DNA from: Bispira polyomma
Taxonomy: Eukaryota
Direction: 5' to 3'
DNA length: 64,000 nucleotides
Assembly (NCBI GenBank): GCA_965649765.1
Contig: OZ287750.1
Location: 23,126,001-23,190,000, forward strand
How positions within the stretch are numbered: the stretch's first letter is position 1; every line of letters begins with the position of its first letter. Of this stretch, positions 49,968 to 63,180 are shown piece by piece. The notes under the pieces are model-generated. The model searched no databases and was not told where the DNA came from. It saw only the letters and a list, made by a program, of their open reading frames with translations. A program made the translations under genes and the position numbers.

Positions 49968-51367
49968 ATATATTGCAAACGTTTAATTGGGTGAAACATA
50001 TCTTGCCTTAGATTAACATATAGTGGATAAATTATATACATCTTTATCAAGAGCTGAATACTGATATATATCAAGAGCTGAATACTGATATTGACTATCT
50101 GGTATAATATTTAATCTATATATCAGGATCTTAATTAAGTCCCACTAGATTTCATTTGTAGTCTTGACTGCAATACACTAATTTTTTTGTTCCCATCTCC
50201 ATGCAATTCTGGTGGTTTGGATGTGTAACACTTAAATTACTATCTTACCACTCGGTGGTCTTATGTCAAATGCAGATCAACTTAATTGAGTCTACGGAAA
50301 TTTATAAATTAAAGGCATGCTCGAATTTAATATGACTCTTAACCAGAAACTGTATTTGGATTTTAAACTTGGCCTATGTTAATGCACTGCAATGCATTTT
50401 ACAACTTCTAGTTTGAAAAATATACTGTATTTTGCTCAAGGTCAGTGTCATATAATGCATTATTTCATTTGTGTAAAGTGAGAGCAATTCAGCTAAGTAG
50501 ATATGAAAAGGGGATAAAAATGGCTGCTTATAAAACATATATTCAGTGCAAAACAAGGAATTACATGCACCTCACACCCCCTACACCCCCCCCCCCCCAC
50601 CCCCCACCCTCACTGCAATTTGCATCGATCAACTTGCACCCAAAGCATATTTTTAGAGATTTTAAAGTGAAACATTTTGTTATTCAATTTTTTTAATATA
50701 TATTGACAAATTTGTAATATAAATGATACAGACAATAAGCTTTGCCAGATTTAATACAATAACTGTATCAGTTTAAGTTGCTTAACACAGCATTTACTAT
50801 ACCAATGTTTAAGAATTTTTTTCCAGTGGCTTTAACCTACAACAAATAATTTGATTGTTATATTTCTAATAATTAAGATCATATTTAGCAATATGTCTGT
50901 GTTATTGCAAAATAACAATTGCATGCGTGATTTATCAAAATAATTTAATTTATACTCAAGTTTTACTAAAAATTTTCTTTTGAGTGTAAAGGGTGTTATG
51001 GTACGTTCGAGCAGCCTCGTGAATATGGTAATTACGACTGGTGAGCTCGTGATTACCAACTGAGAGCGTTCGAGGGTTTGTAAACACACAAGGCGTGAAT
51101 TTCTCTATGTCCACGTGGTGTTAGTATTTATAATGCATAAATGTAGTAAACATGAAGAAAAAGTTCAACCGGCTGTATTTAATTAAATTATTAGGGCGAT
51201 TTATGTTGATACTATTTTATAAAAAACTCTGTCATAATAAAACGGCAAGCAAATCTTTTTACTGGCAGCCATTTTGCCAGTGCTTTGGGTCAAGGCCACA
51301 TATTGGAAGTACTCTGGGAGCTTTCAACTTACGAGCCGTGTCCACCAGCTGTATGGCCGTTCTTGGC

Positions 51368-51993
51368 GGTATATACTATACCTCGGAATTGCGGCCCTAT
51401 TCCAGCCGCCCTAGAAGAGGGCGGCAGGGCGGCAACTTGATTAGGGTGCAACATGAAAAATAAATTGTATAAATGAATGTATCTATCTAAATACTTCCAC
51501 CAAAAATTTGGTTTTGGTATCACTAGAAAGCTCTTATAATGTACCTTGTGATAGGTTTGACTAATTATAATTCAAATAAAATGCTGATGAAGATATAGTT
51601 AAATTTAGATTGTATATTTAAAATTGCTCCCATTCTAACCTCCAGTCCAACCTGCCACCCTCTAAAGAGGCATAGCTCTACTCCAACTTCCATTCCAACC
51701 TTCAGTAGAGCCTGCCGCCCTGGTGAGAAGTATATCTCCATTACAACTCCTATTTCAACCTTTAGTTCAACCTGCCTCCCTGTAGAGGCAGAAACCCAGA
51801 AATTACTTAAGATAAAATTTGCAATAAAATAAGATGAGAAAGCTTATTTTATTGTGATTCCTGTGCATCAAAATCCGTTAAGAAACGGCTGAGATATTTA
51901 AACTTACATACAAGTATCAAGCTTAAATAACCAGGGCGGCAGTACAGGGCGGCATTCCGATTCCAGCTCTAATTCCGAGGTATAGTATATACC
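51368..51993. mobile_element. Non-autonomous DNA transposon with perfect 23-bp TIRs and 9-bp TSD (Merlin- or Mutator-like)
   Basis: TIR GGTATATACTATACCTCGGAATT; TSD GTTCTTGGC at 51359-51367 and 51994-52002; internal ~60-bp repeats at 51625-51790. Confidence 0.88.
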
Positions 51994-52314
51994 GTTCTTG
52001 GCGTTATTCACGAGGTGTGAGTTGATAAACACGGCTGGGAACAATGACACGAACGGCTCATAATATCCATTTTTTACAAGCTTTAGTGTGGAGCGGATGG
52101 ACCTTGAGTTTTGATATTTCAACTTTTTTTTTCCTTCTTTCCTTGTTGAATTTATAAACATTAACGTAAAGTAAGTTGTATAATAATGTCACAGAGTATC
52201 AAACATTTTATTCTGAATTAATGAGGGGAACTGTGTTATGCTGTTCTGTTTAATTTTTATGAGAAAAGGGTTATAGTGAGCGATATTAGGGATACGCCAA
52301 TTCGTAGTTCCGAG

Positions 52315-52340
52315 TGCGCATGCGTAGTTCAACGGAAGTG
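52315..52340. promoter_or_regulatory. NRF1-like and ETS motifs, candidate DHRS11 promoter
   Basis: TGCGCATGCG followed by CGGAAGTG in a locally CpG-richer stretch; the DHRS11 ATG exon has an upstream acceptor (56910), so a 5' non-coding exon is expected. Confidence 0.35.
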
Positions 52341-53449
52341 AAAATCTTTAGCGCACATAAACAAATGAACTTATATGACTTTGCAAAATATATTAAAATG
52401 TTAATTCTCAGTTATTATTTTAAATAATAGCCTTATATTTGGATATATGATGCATAAGTATTGGTTCTTTGTAAATATATTTACTTTATCATTAAAGGAT
52501 AACATTTCCATTGAACTTTTATACAAGCACGGTATTTTGCAAAATAAATAAAATGATTATTAATTAATTACTCAAAAAATACTGTAGGTAAAAATTTCAC
52601 AAAAAATATCATGAGAAAGCTTATTATGTTGCGATTACTATGATATTTTTTGCATCAAAATCCCTTGCGAAATGACAGAGATATCAAATTTTTTATACGG
52701 GCAACCCATCTCAAATTGGCTGTTGGCTGCACATTTGCCGTATGCAGGTGGTTCTTGTTTATGTACCATATATAAGACCGGAAGATTGTAAGTACGGCTG
52801 CGCAATCAGATCTACGAACTGGCTTATTTATTTGTGTTCCATTCGGCATGTAGACCATGAGACTGGCGTTAATAATACCGGTCGGCTCTCAAAATATATT
52901 CATGATCAATCTATTCTGCGGTATACACGCCACTGTTTGAGTATTACTTCATATTCTTACAACAGTGAATAAATTATTGTGGGTAGACATGTGTCTCTAT
53001 AGCCGTAAGATATGACCGTATGACTTTTTAGCGAGAATCGCTAGTCATACAGTCGTATCGGCTTCTATTTGAAAATCTTAGGGTTTCTAAACTTTGGTTT
53101 TATACTCTGTAAATAATTAACATTTGACTCTCCCCATGTTTCCCAAGTATTCTCTGTATATTGTACTAACAGTCTAAAATGTAATAATAAAACTAACCTG
53201 CACAAGTAAATTAATATTTAACTCGTTTGATGAAATATTTACAGCAACAAACTTTTGGCATCCATGTTTGGTTGTGGAAGTTGCTAAACCTCAAAATCTA
53301 CCGAAATTTGGTCAATGCTGTCTTTCATACGTAAAATTAATCTAAACCTATGATCTATGTGTAGTTATCTTAGAAAATAAGCAAAATGGTGTGAAATACC
53401 TTAATAGATGTCTTAGACATCAGAAATATACAATAGAAATGATTTAAAA

Positions 53450-54500
53450 AAAAAAAAAATCACATTTTTTTTCCTGTTTCTTATTGTCTTCTGTGAAATT
53501 AAAAAAAAAAATTAAAAATATTAATTAGTTTTAAGTTTAGTAAATATCTATCATAAATCGGATAAATAATATTTAGATCATAAATAATTTCTGTTAATAG
53601 TGTACAATATATTGAAAAAGTCATTTTCAATTTCTTACGTTTATCTTAGTAACAGTGTACATAAAAAAATATATAAAAAGCAAATGTATGATTGCTTATG
53701 TTTTTAAATTCATCAAACAGAATAGTTTTTTTCAAAGTTCTACACTGATTTATGTACTATTTAACAAGTACTATAAAAATATTGGCTACCCTTTTACTTG
53801 CAGTTAATCTTGTAAATTCTTTGAACCTGTCCCAAACATTATTTCGCAAATTGTAAATTTAATCTTGTACATCAATGTTAAGAAAGTTAAAATCCTATTG
53901 TTAAAAATTTTCCCAAAAGCTTAAAGGAAAATATCTATCCATACATCAAATGCTGTGAGATCTTTGATTTTTTTAATCAAAATTTCCTAATAAAGAACAT
54001 TGTTGTACTTATTTTTTGTAAATTTACAAATTATCTTGTCCCTTTATCTTGATGGAAGTAAAGTTACAAAGATTTTCGTTGTAAGGAACCTCTCTTATTC
54101 TTTTTATCCATAAAGTTGGAATTGCTGGTAACGTAATGTTAGAATTATATAAAGCAATATCCCAACTACATTTTCCTTTTTGATCGGCCTACGATAAGAA
54201 AAGCCTTTTCCATTTGTTAGGACAAAAATTAAATATTAAGACTGCGATATTCTTAAACTAGTGAGGTTTACCATTTGCACATATATAAATGTTTGAAACA
54301 TGCTTTTTTTAAATTTTGAACATTTTAGTGGCTTCTCTTCAATCTTTTAAAGATGTTTTTTAAAAGCTATTCCAATATTTATAATAAAGCACTGTATTTT
54401 TAGAACTTTTACATTAAAACTTGCTGCAACAAAGGTATAGTTTTTTATTGTTTAAGTACTTCTATTATGTTTCCACATGGGCAACTTACAAGGATTACAT
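53450..54500 (-). mobile_element. Possible heavily decayed L1/Tx1-like LINE 3' end
   Basis: Fragments QCSL...QHLMYG...SFWE...IMFG...ANIFIVLVK*YINQCR across shifting frames; A-rich end. Confidence 0.35.
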
Positions 54501-56923
54501 ATTAACCCTGTGACATTTAAGCAAATTTTCCCACCATTATAATATGTTAAACTTTATTTTGTTCTGAAATGTTACAATTATTGTGATATACAGACTTTAT
54601 GGGCGTGTATATATGTATATATTATCAATTTAAAAATAAAAAGTAAAAATTGAAAGACTATTTAAACTAGTTAGTTGAAGATACTTGTATATTTTAAGTA
54701 GATGATTACAGTCATTTATTTGTTTTGTTTTTTTTCAAATATATTTAGATTTTTTTCTAATTTTTTACATACAAATCTAAATTTACATGCATGTTTACAG
54801 TAACAATAACATATATATAGTATATATACATTTGCATATACAGAACACACACACTGACACACATCTAGTACAACCATTTGCTTACTCCCAGTAATTGAAA
54901 GTTATAAATTTCTGGTCAGTAATATTTCAATGGAATATTTTAAAGACTTTTTGTTATTTCAACTCCCTTTATAAACACATGTTCCCACATTGTCTATATG
55001 GTTTTAATTTTTTTTTGTACGATGTCTATATGTAGCACATTACCGCATGTATTCCTACTATGTAGTATATGCTTATGGACTTTACTACTAAGGTATTATT
55101 ATTATACGATAGATATAGTTTATGATTAATTAAAGCCATATTTAACATATATATCCTATATTTTTCTGCGACCCAATAATGAATTATTCAAATATCTTTG
55201 ATACTTGTTATTTAGTTTATTGCAGCATGTGTAATAAGGATTTAATATTATTATATATTTTTTACTGGTGTTTGTATATAATTTGGCAAGATATTAATTG
55301 TATTTATTGTATGGCTACCTTTTTACTTAACTTCACTGAGTGTTCTATACGAATACAAAATATTAATTTAAAGAGCTCACTGAATTCATAGAATTGTACA
55401 GAGATATGGAAATTATTTCAAAGGGCCATTTTCCCAATCCCCATTAATATATATACAGAGTAAATCAATGGAATTTGAGAAATAGGATATACACACAGTT
55501 TAACAGAGTTAGAGATATATAGTAATTTAAGAACTTCCTTACCATGTAAGAGCCAATTCTTTCTGAATCTTAACAGTTGGTTGAAATCCTCCAACATTTA
55601 TGCATATGCAAAAACGTACTGTTGGGAGAGCCAAAAGGTTTAGTTTTGCGAATAAGTTTTAGTATCTCCTGAAATTTTAGCAGCACACCCAAAAATGGCT
55701 GACAAAGTTGCTGTTTACAAATATTCTAGATAGATGTAGCAAAAGCTAGTGTTAATATTAAGACATGTGCAAATTTTATGTTTTAGACTGTTGGTACTAT
55801 ATACGTGGAATATAAAACCAGTAAGTTACCAAGATTATTTGTTTTTGTCCAAGAGTATAATGCCAAAGTTTAAAAACCCTGAGCTTTTCAAATGGAAGTC
55901 AATAGGACTGTTAGTGCGCGGATACGCGATTTCACTATACAGTCCTATTTTAGGGCTAGTGTCTCTAATATCTCAGATTGGATAACCTCCAGAATGGATT
56001 GAATTTAGAATGGCCCACTCACTTTCGAATGACCACCTGATTTTATGAAAAGCAATCATTATGAAATTTTCTACAACTTTTCAAAAATTGTTGAATATCT
56101 CATTAACTGTTGGGTGTAGAGACTTGGAATGTATTGTGAGCATTTAGCTAATTAGGGTCAGTGAATTGAATGTGCTGGTCAGAGTTGACCTTAGACGTGG
56201 TTACCGCAGCTAGCATCAGTCTGCTGTCTTATAGCCATGGCACAAGCCCACATAGAACTGGAATTTTTAATTCCTTAAATGACCTCATTGGTAATTTACT
56301 CCTATGCTAACATTTTTTAGACTCCTAATGATAAATATAACCAAAATAATGGTTGTTCAATATATTAGTAACAATGGTCAAAAGTGTAGTAATGCTTATA
56401 TAATAAAAATTCTATTTGAAATGTATGCTTACTTGTTATACTACAATAATTTCTTGTGTTTTATAAGTCTGGCATTTCCCCCCTTGCTAAAAATATCCCA
56501 ATGTGTAACTTTGACTACAAATTTGTTTCCAGACATTTTAAAACAGTCCTGTAAGACTACTATGCAATTGTTCCAAAAGGTTCATAGGGTGGACATTACA
56601 CATGCTAATGTGTGTTCTTCTATGCTATCCTGTTTCTTGTCATATGTTGCAGCTACTCTTAACAGGGCGTCCTATTTCTAGTTTTACTATACTGTGGGAG
56701 AAAACTTTGACCTACTTCCATAACGTCACAGCTGATGTTTTGCTACTACTTATTATTTACCTCACAATTTAAAACATATAATTAATTTTATGTCAAAAGC
56801 ACTATACTACAGGCACATAGATTGTATTCCAGTGTGTTGTAGGAGCTAGCTGCTAGACAAGGTCATCAAGGGGTTCAATAGGTTTAGAAATTTAAAATTT
56901 GTATCTTCAGCTCTCAAAACACC

Positions 56924-57055
56924 ATGGAACGCTGGGTTGGACGAGTTGTCTTAGTGACAGGTGCATCTGCAGGTATTGGAGCCTCACTTGCGGAAAGATT
57001 AGTGAAACATGGAATGAAGGTAGTGGGTTGTGCCAGGAATTTAGAAAAACTTCAG
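56924..57055 (+). CDS. DHRS11: Dehydrogenase/reductase SDR family member 11, coding exon 1
   Basis: MERWVGRVVLVTGASAGIGASLAERLVKHGMKVVGCARNLEKLQ|GTAAGC; TGxxxGIG and VVGCAR. Confidence 0.95.
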
Positions 57056-57526
57056 GTAAGCTGTATAGGAATATAATTGATTTTTATGTTAGTGTTGGGT
57101 ATTGGTCTGTTTTTTCCAGGTCGATTAATTGCTTAATTTTCTAACTGAAATATCAAGGTACTCGTCATGCCATCCTTGACTAAATATATCCTGACCTGGT
57201 GAGAATTTGGTTACTTTAGACGTTCAGCATTTAGTATGTACCAATAACCTACATATGACTTCCTGTAAACAAGTCGGTAAACAAAAACAAATTTAAAAGT
57301 GAAACAAATTGCTTTATGTAGCACTAGAACTATATATAATGACATAAAATGGTCAAAATAGTTTATTATTTGTAGTTGGGAAAAGTATTTGTTTAATAAG
57401 CAATTATATAAACTTAAGACTGTTCTGCCTCAATCTTAGAGTATCACCGACACATAATTGACCACCCACTACTAACAAGCATATAAGCAAAGGTTTCAAA
57501 GTCAGTTGATTGTAAATGTATTTCAG

Positions 57527-57730
57527 GAGTTGGGTAACAAAGTAAAAGGAGAAAAGGGCAGCTTTTATCCAATCAAATGTGATCTGAAGAAGGAAGAGGA
57601 AATTCTCGCCATGTTTGGAGAGATTAAAAAACAACATGGCGGAGTAGATGTGTGCATTAATAATGCAGGTGTGAGTCAGGAGGCTACACTGATTAATGGA
57701 GAGACAGAGAAGTGGAGAGACATACTGGAT
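57527..57730 (+). CDS. DHRS11: DHRS11 coding exon 2
   Basis: IKCDLKKEEEILAMF...GGVDVCINNAG...W; phase 0-0. Confidence 0.95.
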
Positions 57731-58402
57731 GTAAGTGACCGCTGTTTTATCAGGCCCAGCTTGATGTTTTTATATTGAAAAGGGTGTCGCCATTAAAAAG
57801 GGCGCCGCCATCTTAGAAATAATATGCAAGACCGTCATGGATTCATTGAAAGCAATCGACCCATCCAAACTGAGGGTGTCAGATTTGCCTGAGTATGTAG
57901 TGGCCTTATCAGTGTTATTGTTCACACTGTGGGCCTGTGTCTCTTTTAAAAGACAAGTTGTGTTCATTATCCACTTAAATATGTATATTGTAAAAAGTAT
58001 GGACTGGTGAAGCGTTTTTGTCATCTGCTCCAGCGCCCATGAAATTGCAATTGGAATTTTAGTAGTTACAGGAATTAATAACGTTTTTACTTAATCTTTC
58101 AGTAAAACAACCCTTGTGCTTCACTTGGATCATTTTCCTGTTATATTTTTGTTTTATACTGTGTATATCTCTTTGTAATGACCCCCAAGAGGACATCTTA
58201 TTTTTGTCCGAGTTTGGTTTCTGCTCATTTGAAGGAAAAGTATTGGAGTTATCCTCACCAAATTTATTATCTGGGTTTATCTTAGGTATAGCTTGCTTGG
58301 GATTTTGGGCATATTCTGAAAAAAATATGGCCGCTGTGCTGGCTCTACGTATGTACTAGAGAAGCTCTATTTCCTGTTTTAGTGTGTCTGAATATTTCTT
58401 AG

Positions 58403-58497
58403 GTAAATGTGCTGGCTCTGTGTATCTGTACCAGAGAGGCGGTCCAATCTATGAAATCCAGAGGAATAAACGATGGACATATCATACATATCAGCAG
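58403..58497 (+). CDS. DHRS11: DHRS11 coding exon 3
   Basis: VNVLALCICTREAVQSMKSRGINDGHIIHISS; phase 0-2. Confidence 0.95.
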
Positions 58498-58588
58498 GTA
58501 AGTAGACACAGACTTTTATATATATATATAGTATTACATAGCAGTACAGTAAAACTAAAAAATACTGAACGTTCTTAGGACCAGGGAA

Positions 58589-58812
58589 GGGGGCCACTGT
58601 GGCCTAGTGGTTGGAAGTGTTTGCTAATAATCACCAATGTGGGTTTCCAATCCTGTTGTTCTTTCATGTTGAAAACGTTTGTCAGGTACTTGCCAGAGGT
58701 CTTTGGTTTACAGTGGCTTCAGCATCCGGTTCCTTTCACCATTAAATATGGCCGTTGTGATATGACCTGAGCTGTTGGGAGCTATGTGAAATACCCAACT
58801 ACATTCAACTAA
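58589..58812 (+). mobile_element. tRNA-derived SINE
   Basis: GGGGGCCACTGTGGCCTAGTGG start and Meta-like tail; same family as the 25631 copy. Confidence 0.8.
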
Positions 58813-60323
58813 CTAAAATTCTGGGACCTGAGTTTACTATATGGAGGTAGCCAGATTTAACAACAAAAATTTTCGTTGTGAAGATTTATTCAGTGATAGA
58901 ATATTTTAAAATGTAGTTTATCCTATATATTACCCTATGAAAAGGTAGTATAACTTTAAATAAGTAAAATAATGGTCAAATATATACATTTTGTTATTTA
59001 GTTGTTACAATCTTTTATTATATATGCCATTTCTGATACATGTGACAAAACAGGAAGTCCTCATTTTAGTTTAAAATCTTCATTTCCGGTTTTACCGTAA
59101 AAAAAGCAAACAATGGCTGAATTTTCATTCGTTTTCTATTAAGTTTACATTTTATCAATAAAAAAGTCATTAGGAAGAAACAATGTGATTATTTAATATA
59201 TTTTGCTATTTTAATATTTTGAGTGAATATTCGTTTACTTTAATTTACGGCCGGTGGTTGTCACTATTCCAATCGCCACCAAATAGCCAGCTAGTTTTGA
59301 CTGCCCTAGTTTATAAGGTGCAGCTGATCATAAAATGACGAGTAAATGAAACTGAAACTCTGACATCAGAAAGCTGCCATTGTCAGGCTTGTGTTAACTT
59401 ATAACTATACTCTTACAGTAGTGATTATTTTAAGGGATATTTATGCTTTATGCTTCTATTATGTGAGCGAACTAATAGAATCAATTATATAAGCAGAACC
59501 AATCAAATTATATAACACTAACCACTTAAAGAAGGATTATCAAACTTGTTCACAAAATCCATATCCAAATATCAGAAATGCAGTCCCTTGTTTCTGCCAC
59601 TGTTTATGGCCTAGCAGCTCTACTGCTAATTTTCGGTGAATGCTAAAAACCCCATGGCTAAAGTATGCTGAATTGCCCACCCCCAACGAAAACAATGTAT
59701 GTACAAGAAATACAACTTGAGGTGAACAATTTATTTAATGATTCGTTGGGAATTTTTCCGATAGATCATTCTAGAAAAAAGAGACAAATCATATGACTAG
59801 AGGTGAAAATGGATTAAGATGTTAAAATAACATAGTGAACATTCTATTAATAAAACATGTATTTACATGACATTACAGACAATGCAAACTAAAATGTGTA
59901 CAAAGTACAGTTGTTGTTGTTTTGTATTCAAATTTATATGTTAACGATGTCAACCTTTTATCTGATGTTCAAGCACTCTGGTCAAGTACAACCAACCATC
60001 ACCAGTATCTGTCATTCCTCTGTTAAGTCGAATATGAAGGGACCGTAAATATTTGTTCTAATTAATAAAAAGTCTACTTAATGCGGTAAATTTTAATTAA
60101 AAATATAGCAACAGGACCTTAACCTAACTTCTACTTAACAGGTAATTTATCTACTTGTTAACAGGTAATTTTTTCTACTTATCAGAGTTTTACTTAAAGG
60201 GGTTTGACTGTATTTATTAGAACCCCAGCGACCGTATTCTAAAAAGTTTTTCTTGAGAATACGGCCGAAGGCACACCAACACTAGGCTGTTAGTTACAAA
60301 GGAAAGACACCTTGTACTTTCAG

Positions 60324-60450
60324 TTATTCTGGACATCGTCATGTACCGGGTGGTACAGCCATGTATAGTGCCTCCAAGTTTGCAGTGAGAGCCCTAACTG
60401 AAGGCCTACGCAATGAGTTACTAGAGGCTAAGTCTAACATACGAATAACT
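60324..60450 (+). CDS. DHRS11: DHRS11 coding exon 4 (catalytic YxxxK); the gene continues beyond the window
   Basis: [42 protein letters not shown]|GTGAGT. Confidence 0.95.
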
Positions 60451-61129
60451 GTGAGTTTACAGAAAGTAATATAAGGGGTACACCAAATGGTTTAGAATCA
60501 ATTACCTATGATCCTTTGAAAATTAGAAAGTTAATCAGGGTACACCACATGCTTCACAATCAATTACCCATAAATTGCTTGAAAATTAAACACAATTTAA
60601 TTAATAAGTAACCTTGATCCAAGGGTGGAGGTGATTGATATGATGATTATGATTTACTGTATCATATATTTTATCATACATAACAGTGACAATAACTACC
60701 CTTCTAGAGAACGCTGTATTTGTGTGAACATTTCACCCACCCATTTGATGGGTGAATATGTAGGGTAAACACTACATATTGTCTCTTGACTAACCTTGTT
60801 TACTTGTGACAGATATATTGTCCCTCGGGTGAATAATACGGGAGTTTGACCTATCAGTGTTCACTCGTACTTGTGTCCCTTGTCAGTGTAATATTCACTG
60901 AAGGTAGCCATACAGTTAACTACACATATAGCAAACGCAATCGAAATACGACATTACCCTCCATGTCCGTAAAAGAAGCTTTTCAGACCCATCTTTTAAG
61001 GGTAAGGACGGTAATAATGTAAATCCATTGTGTTTGCTATATGTATAGATTACCTTCCATAAATATTTAGACTGATAAGAACACGGGTACGGGTGAACAC
61101 TGAAGGTGAAGTTCCCACTTAATCCTTGC

Positions 61130-61338
61130 ATAGGTTTGTCACTAGTCAAGTATATTAGTTTGTCACTAGTCAAGTATATAGGTTTGTCACTAGTCAAGTA
61201 TATAGGTTTGTCACTAGTCAAGTATATTAGTTTGTCACTAGTCAAGTATATAGGTTTGTCACTAGTCAAGTATATAGGTTTGTCACTAGTCAAGTATATT
61301 AGTTTGTCACTAGTCAAGTATATAGGTTTGTCACTAGT
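61130..61338. repeat. 24-bp minisatellite x~9 with a 72-bp higher-order pattern
   Basis: Unit GTTTGTCACTAGTCAAGTATAT(AG/TA); variant order A-B-A-A-B-A-A-B-A. Confidence 0.95.
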
Positions 61339-63180
61339 ACGCAAGTCTTTCTGTGTCACGAGATTGATATCAAAGGCAAAGTCCCCCATTTCTGATTTTT
61401 AACCAGACCTTTGCGCATGCGCAAGGGTTGGTTTTCCCTGTCAAAGTTCTAGGATCTTGGGTAGGAACAAGTAAATCTCAGAACTGGTGGTGAGCTATGG
61501 TCTGAAATTCGCGTCGATTGTAGATATGGGCTTATTGTGCTCTGAGATTTTTTCGGGATCGATTGTCACAAAGGAAATATTTTATTTTTACTTTTTTTTG
61601 ATTTTTTAGCAAGGTTTACCATTAAAGTCGATTGGATTTGGCGCCTCGCTTTCGCCTCAAAATATTGTAGTTTATAGCTGTACTTTATTTGTAAATTTCT
61701 GTAACATTTTACTTGGTCAAGCTCTGTTTATAAATAGTAGTAAACAATAATTCAATATGGCTCCCGACTTAATTTATCTTAGGCGAGGCGGGATTGGCTA
61801 AAAGTCAGGGCATCTTCAATGCGCATGCGTAAATGCGCAAGTGTGTGCGCTGTAGGTGACCTATAAAAGGGGATTTCCCAGCAATAACCACGACTTTATG
61901 ACGGCTAGCAAAAACAATATACTTATTTGATCACGTTTTGTAAGAAAAGTTGGGATATGACAGCCTTTAGAGACAATGGCTGAATACGTAACAGTGCTTT
62001 CATATGGTTTATAAAAGGATATGATGGCCTTTCATTTGTGTTGCATCAATGGCAAATTATATGCTTTGATTATTTGGTTGTGTCTCGTACATTCGCAAGT
62101 TTTAACCATTTCTTTATGGGCTTATTTGACATTGAAAAAGATCGTTTTTGGCGAAAATTGGAGCTGTATTTTAATCTAGAGTTGTTAATATATTATTTTG
62201 TAATGTAAGAGATATAAAACGCATTTAGTTATTGAAGAAAATGGCAAATATTGAATTTACAAGACCCTCGAATCAACAATACCAAACTATATGCTTTGAT
62301 TTATTTGGTAAGTTTGTTTGTTTGATTGGTCCGTTATTTGATTCGATTATACATGGATGGGGGAGGGGGGGGGGACAACGATTCGTGGTGGATAGCATTT
62401 CGCCATTAATAGGATTAATACACCTAATCACTGTCGAAAATAAATTCCATTGAAAGGAAATTATATGCAGAATATAATACATAGATCGTTTTTGGAATCC
62501 ATTTCGACCGCCAACTAGTGACTGGGTCACTATTTTCGGAATCGACAGCAAACATCTGGTACGATTAATGCTTAGGTTAGTTGCACCTTAGAATTTGTTG
62601 TATAAAGATTAAGCGCTATAAAAGTACGATTAGATTAGATTAGAAATCGGGACATACCAAGAGACTGGAATATTTTTCAAAACGAAAAATCTGCCTAAAT
62701 GAAACAGGAAGGGAGAACCGCTAACTGTTTACAAATAAGAATACAAGTTAGAATGGACTTAAAATGTATTGTCATTACTCTACTTTTCTATTCATAAAAT
62801 CAAAAGTATATGGACATGTGATGCAGGAAGATATGTATACAACGAGTGATTTACAATGGCGACTACATCTGGGGCTTTTGTCTAGTTTCGCTAATTCATG
62901 TGCTTTCCTAATTACAAAAGTCTGTTAACTGCTTTTAATTTCATCTATTTTTGCTACTTCACATGCTTTCCTAATGAGTCGTACTAACAATGTTTGTTGT
63001 CGAGATCGGCAGTTTCTTTTGCACATGTGCATTGCTGTGAAATTTTATCAGGGAACTGTAGTTTTCATAGTACTCGCTAGACGTCGGTACACTGCAGAAA
63101 TAAGAAAGAAAGATGTTGGAAGGTAAACAACTGTACAAAAAAATTAAGAAAATAGTGGATTTTATTTATTACACCCTTAA

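Noticed and set aside
56924-60450. SDR gene near PLAG/CHCHD7 as an extension of the human PLAG1-CHCHD7-SDR16C5 synteny
   Set aside because: The protein is DHRS11-type (MERW, VVGCAR, CICTREA), a different SDR family, and lies on the PLAG side rather than the CHCHD7 side
60916-61402. ORFs with LTSDKPIY / SLVKYIGL repeats
   Set aside because: Translations of a 24-bp intronic minisatellite
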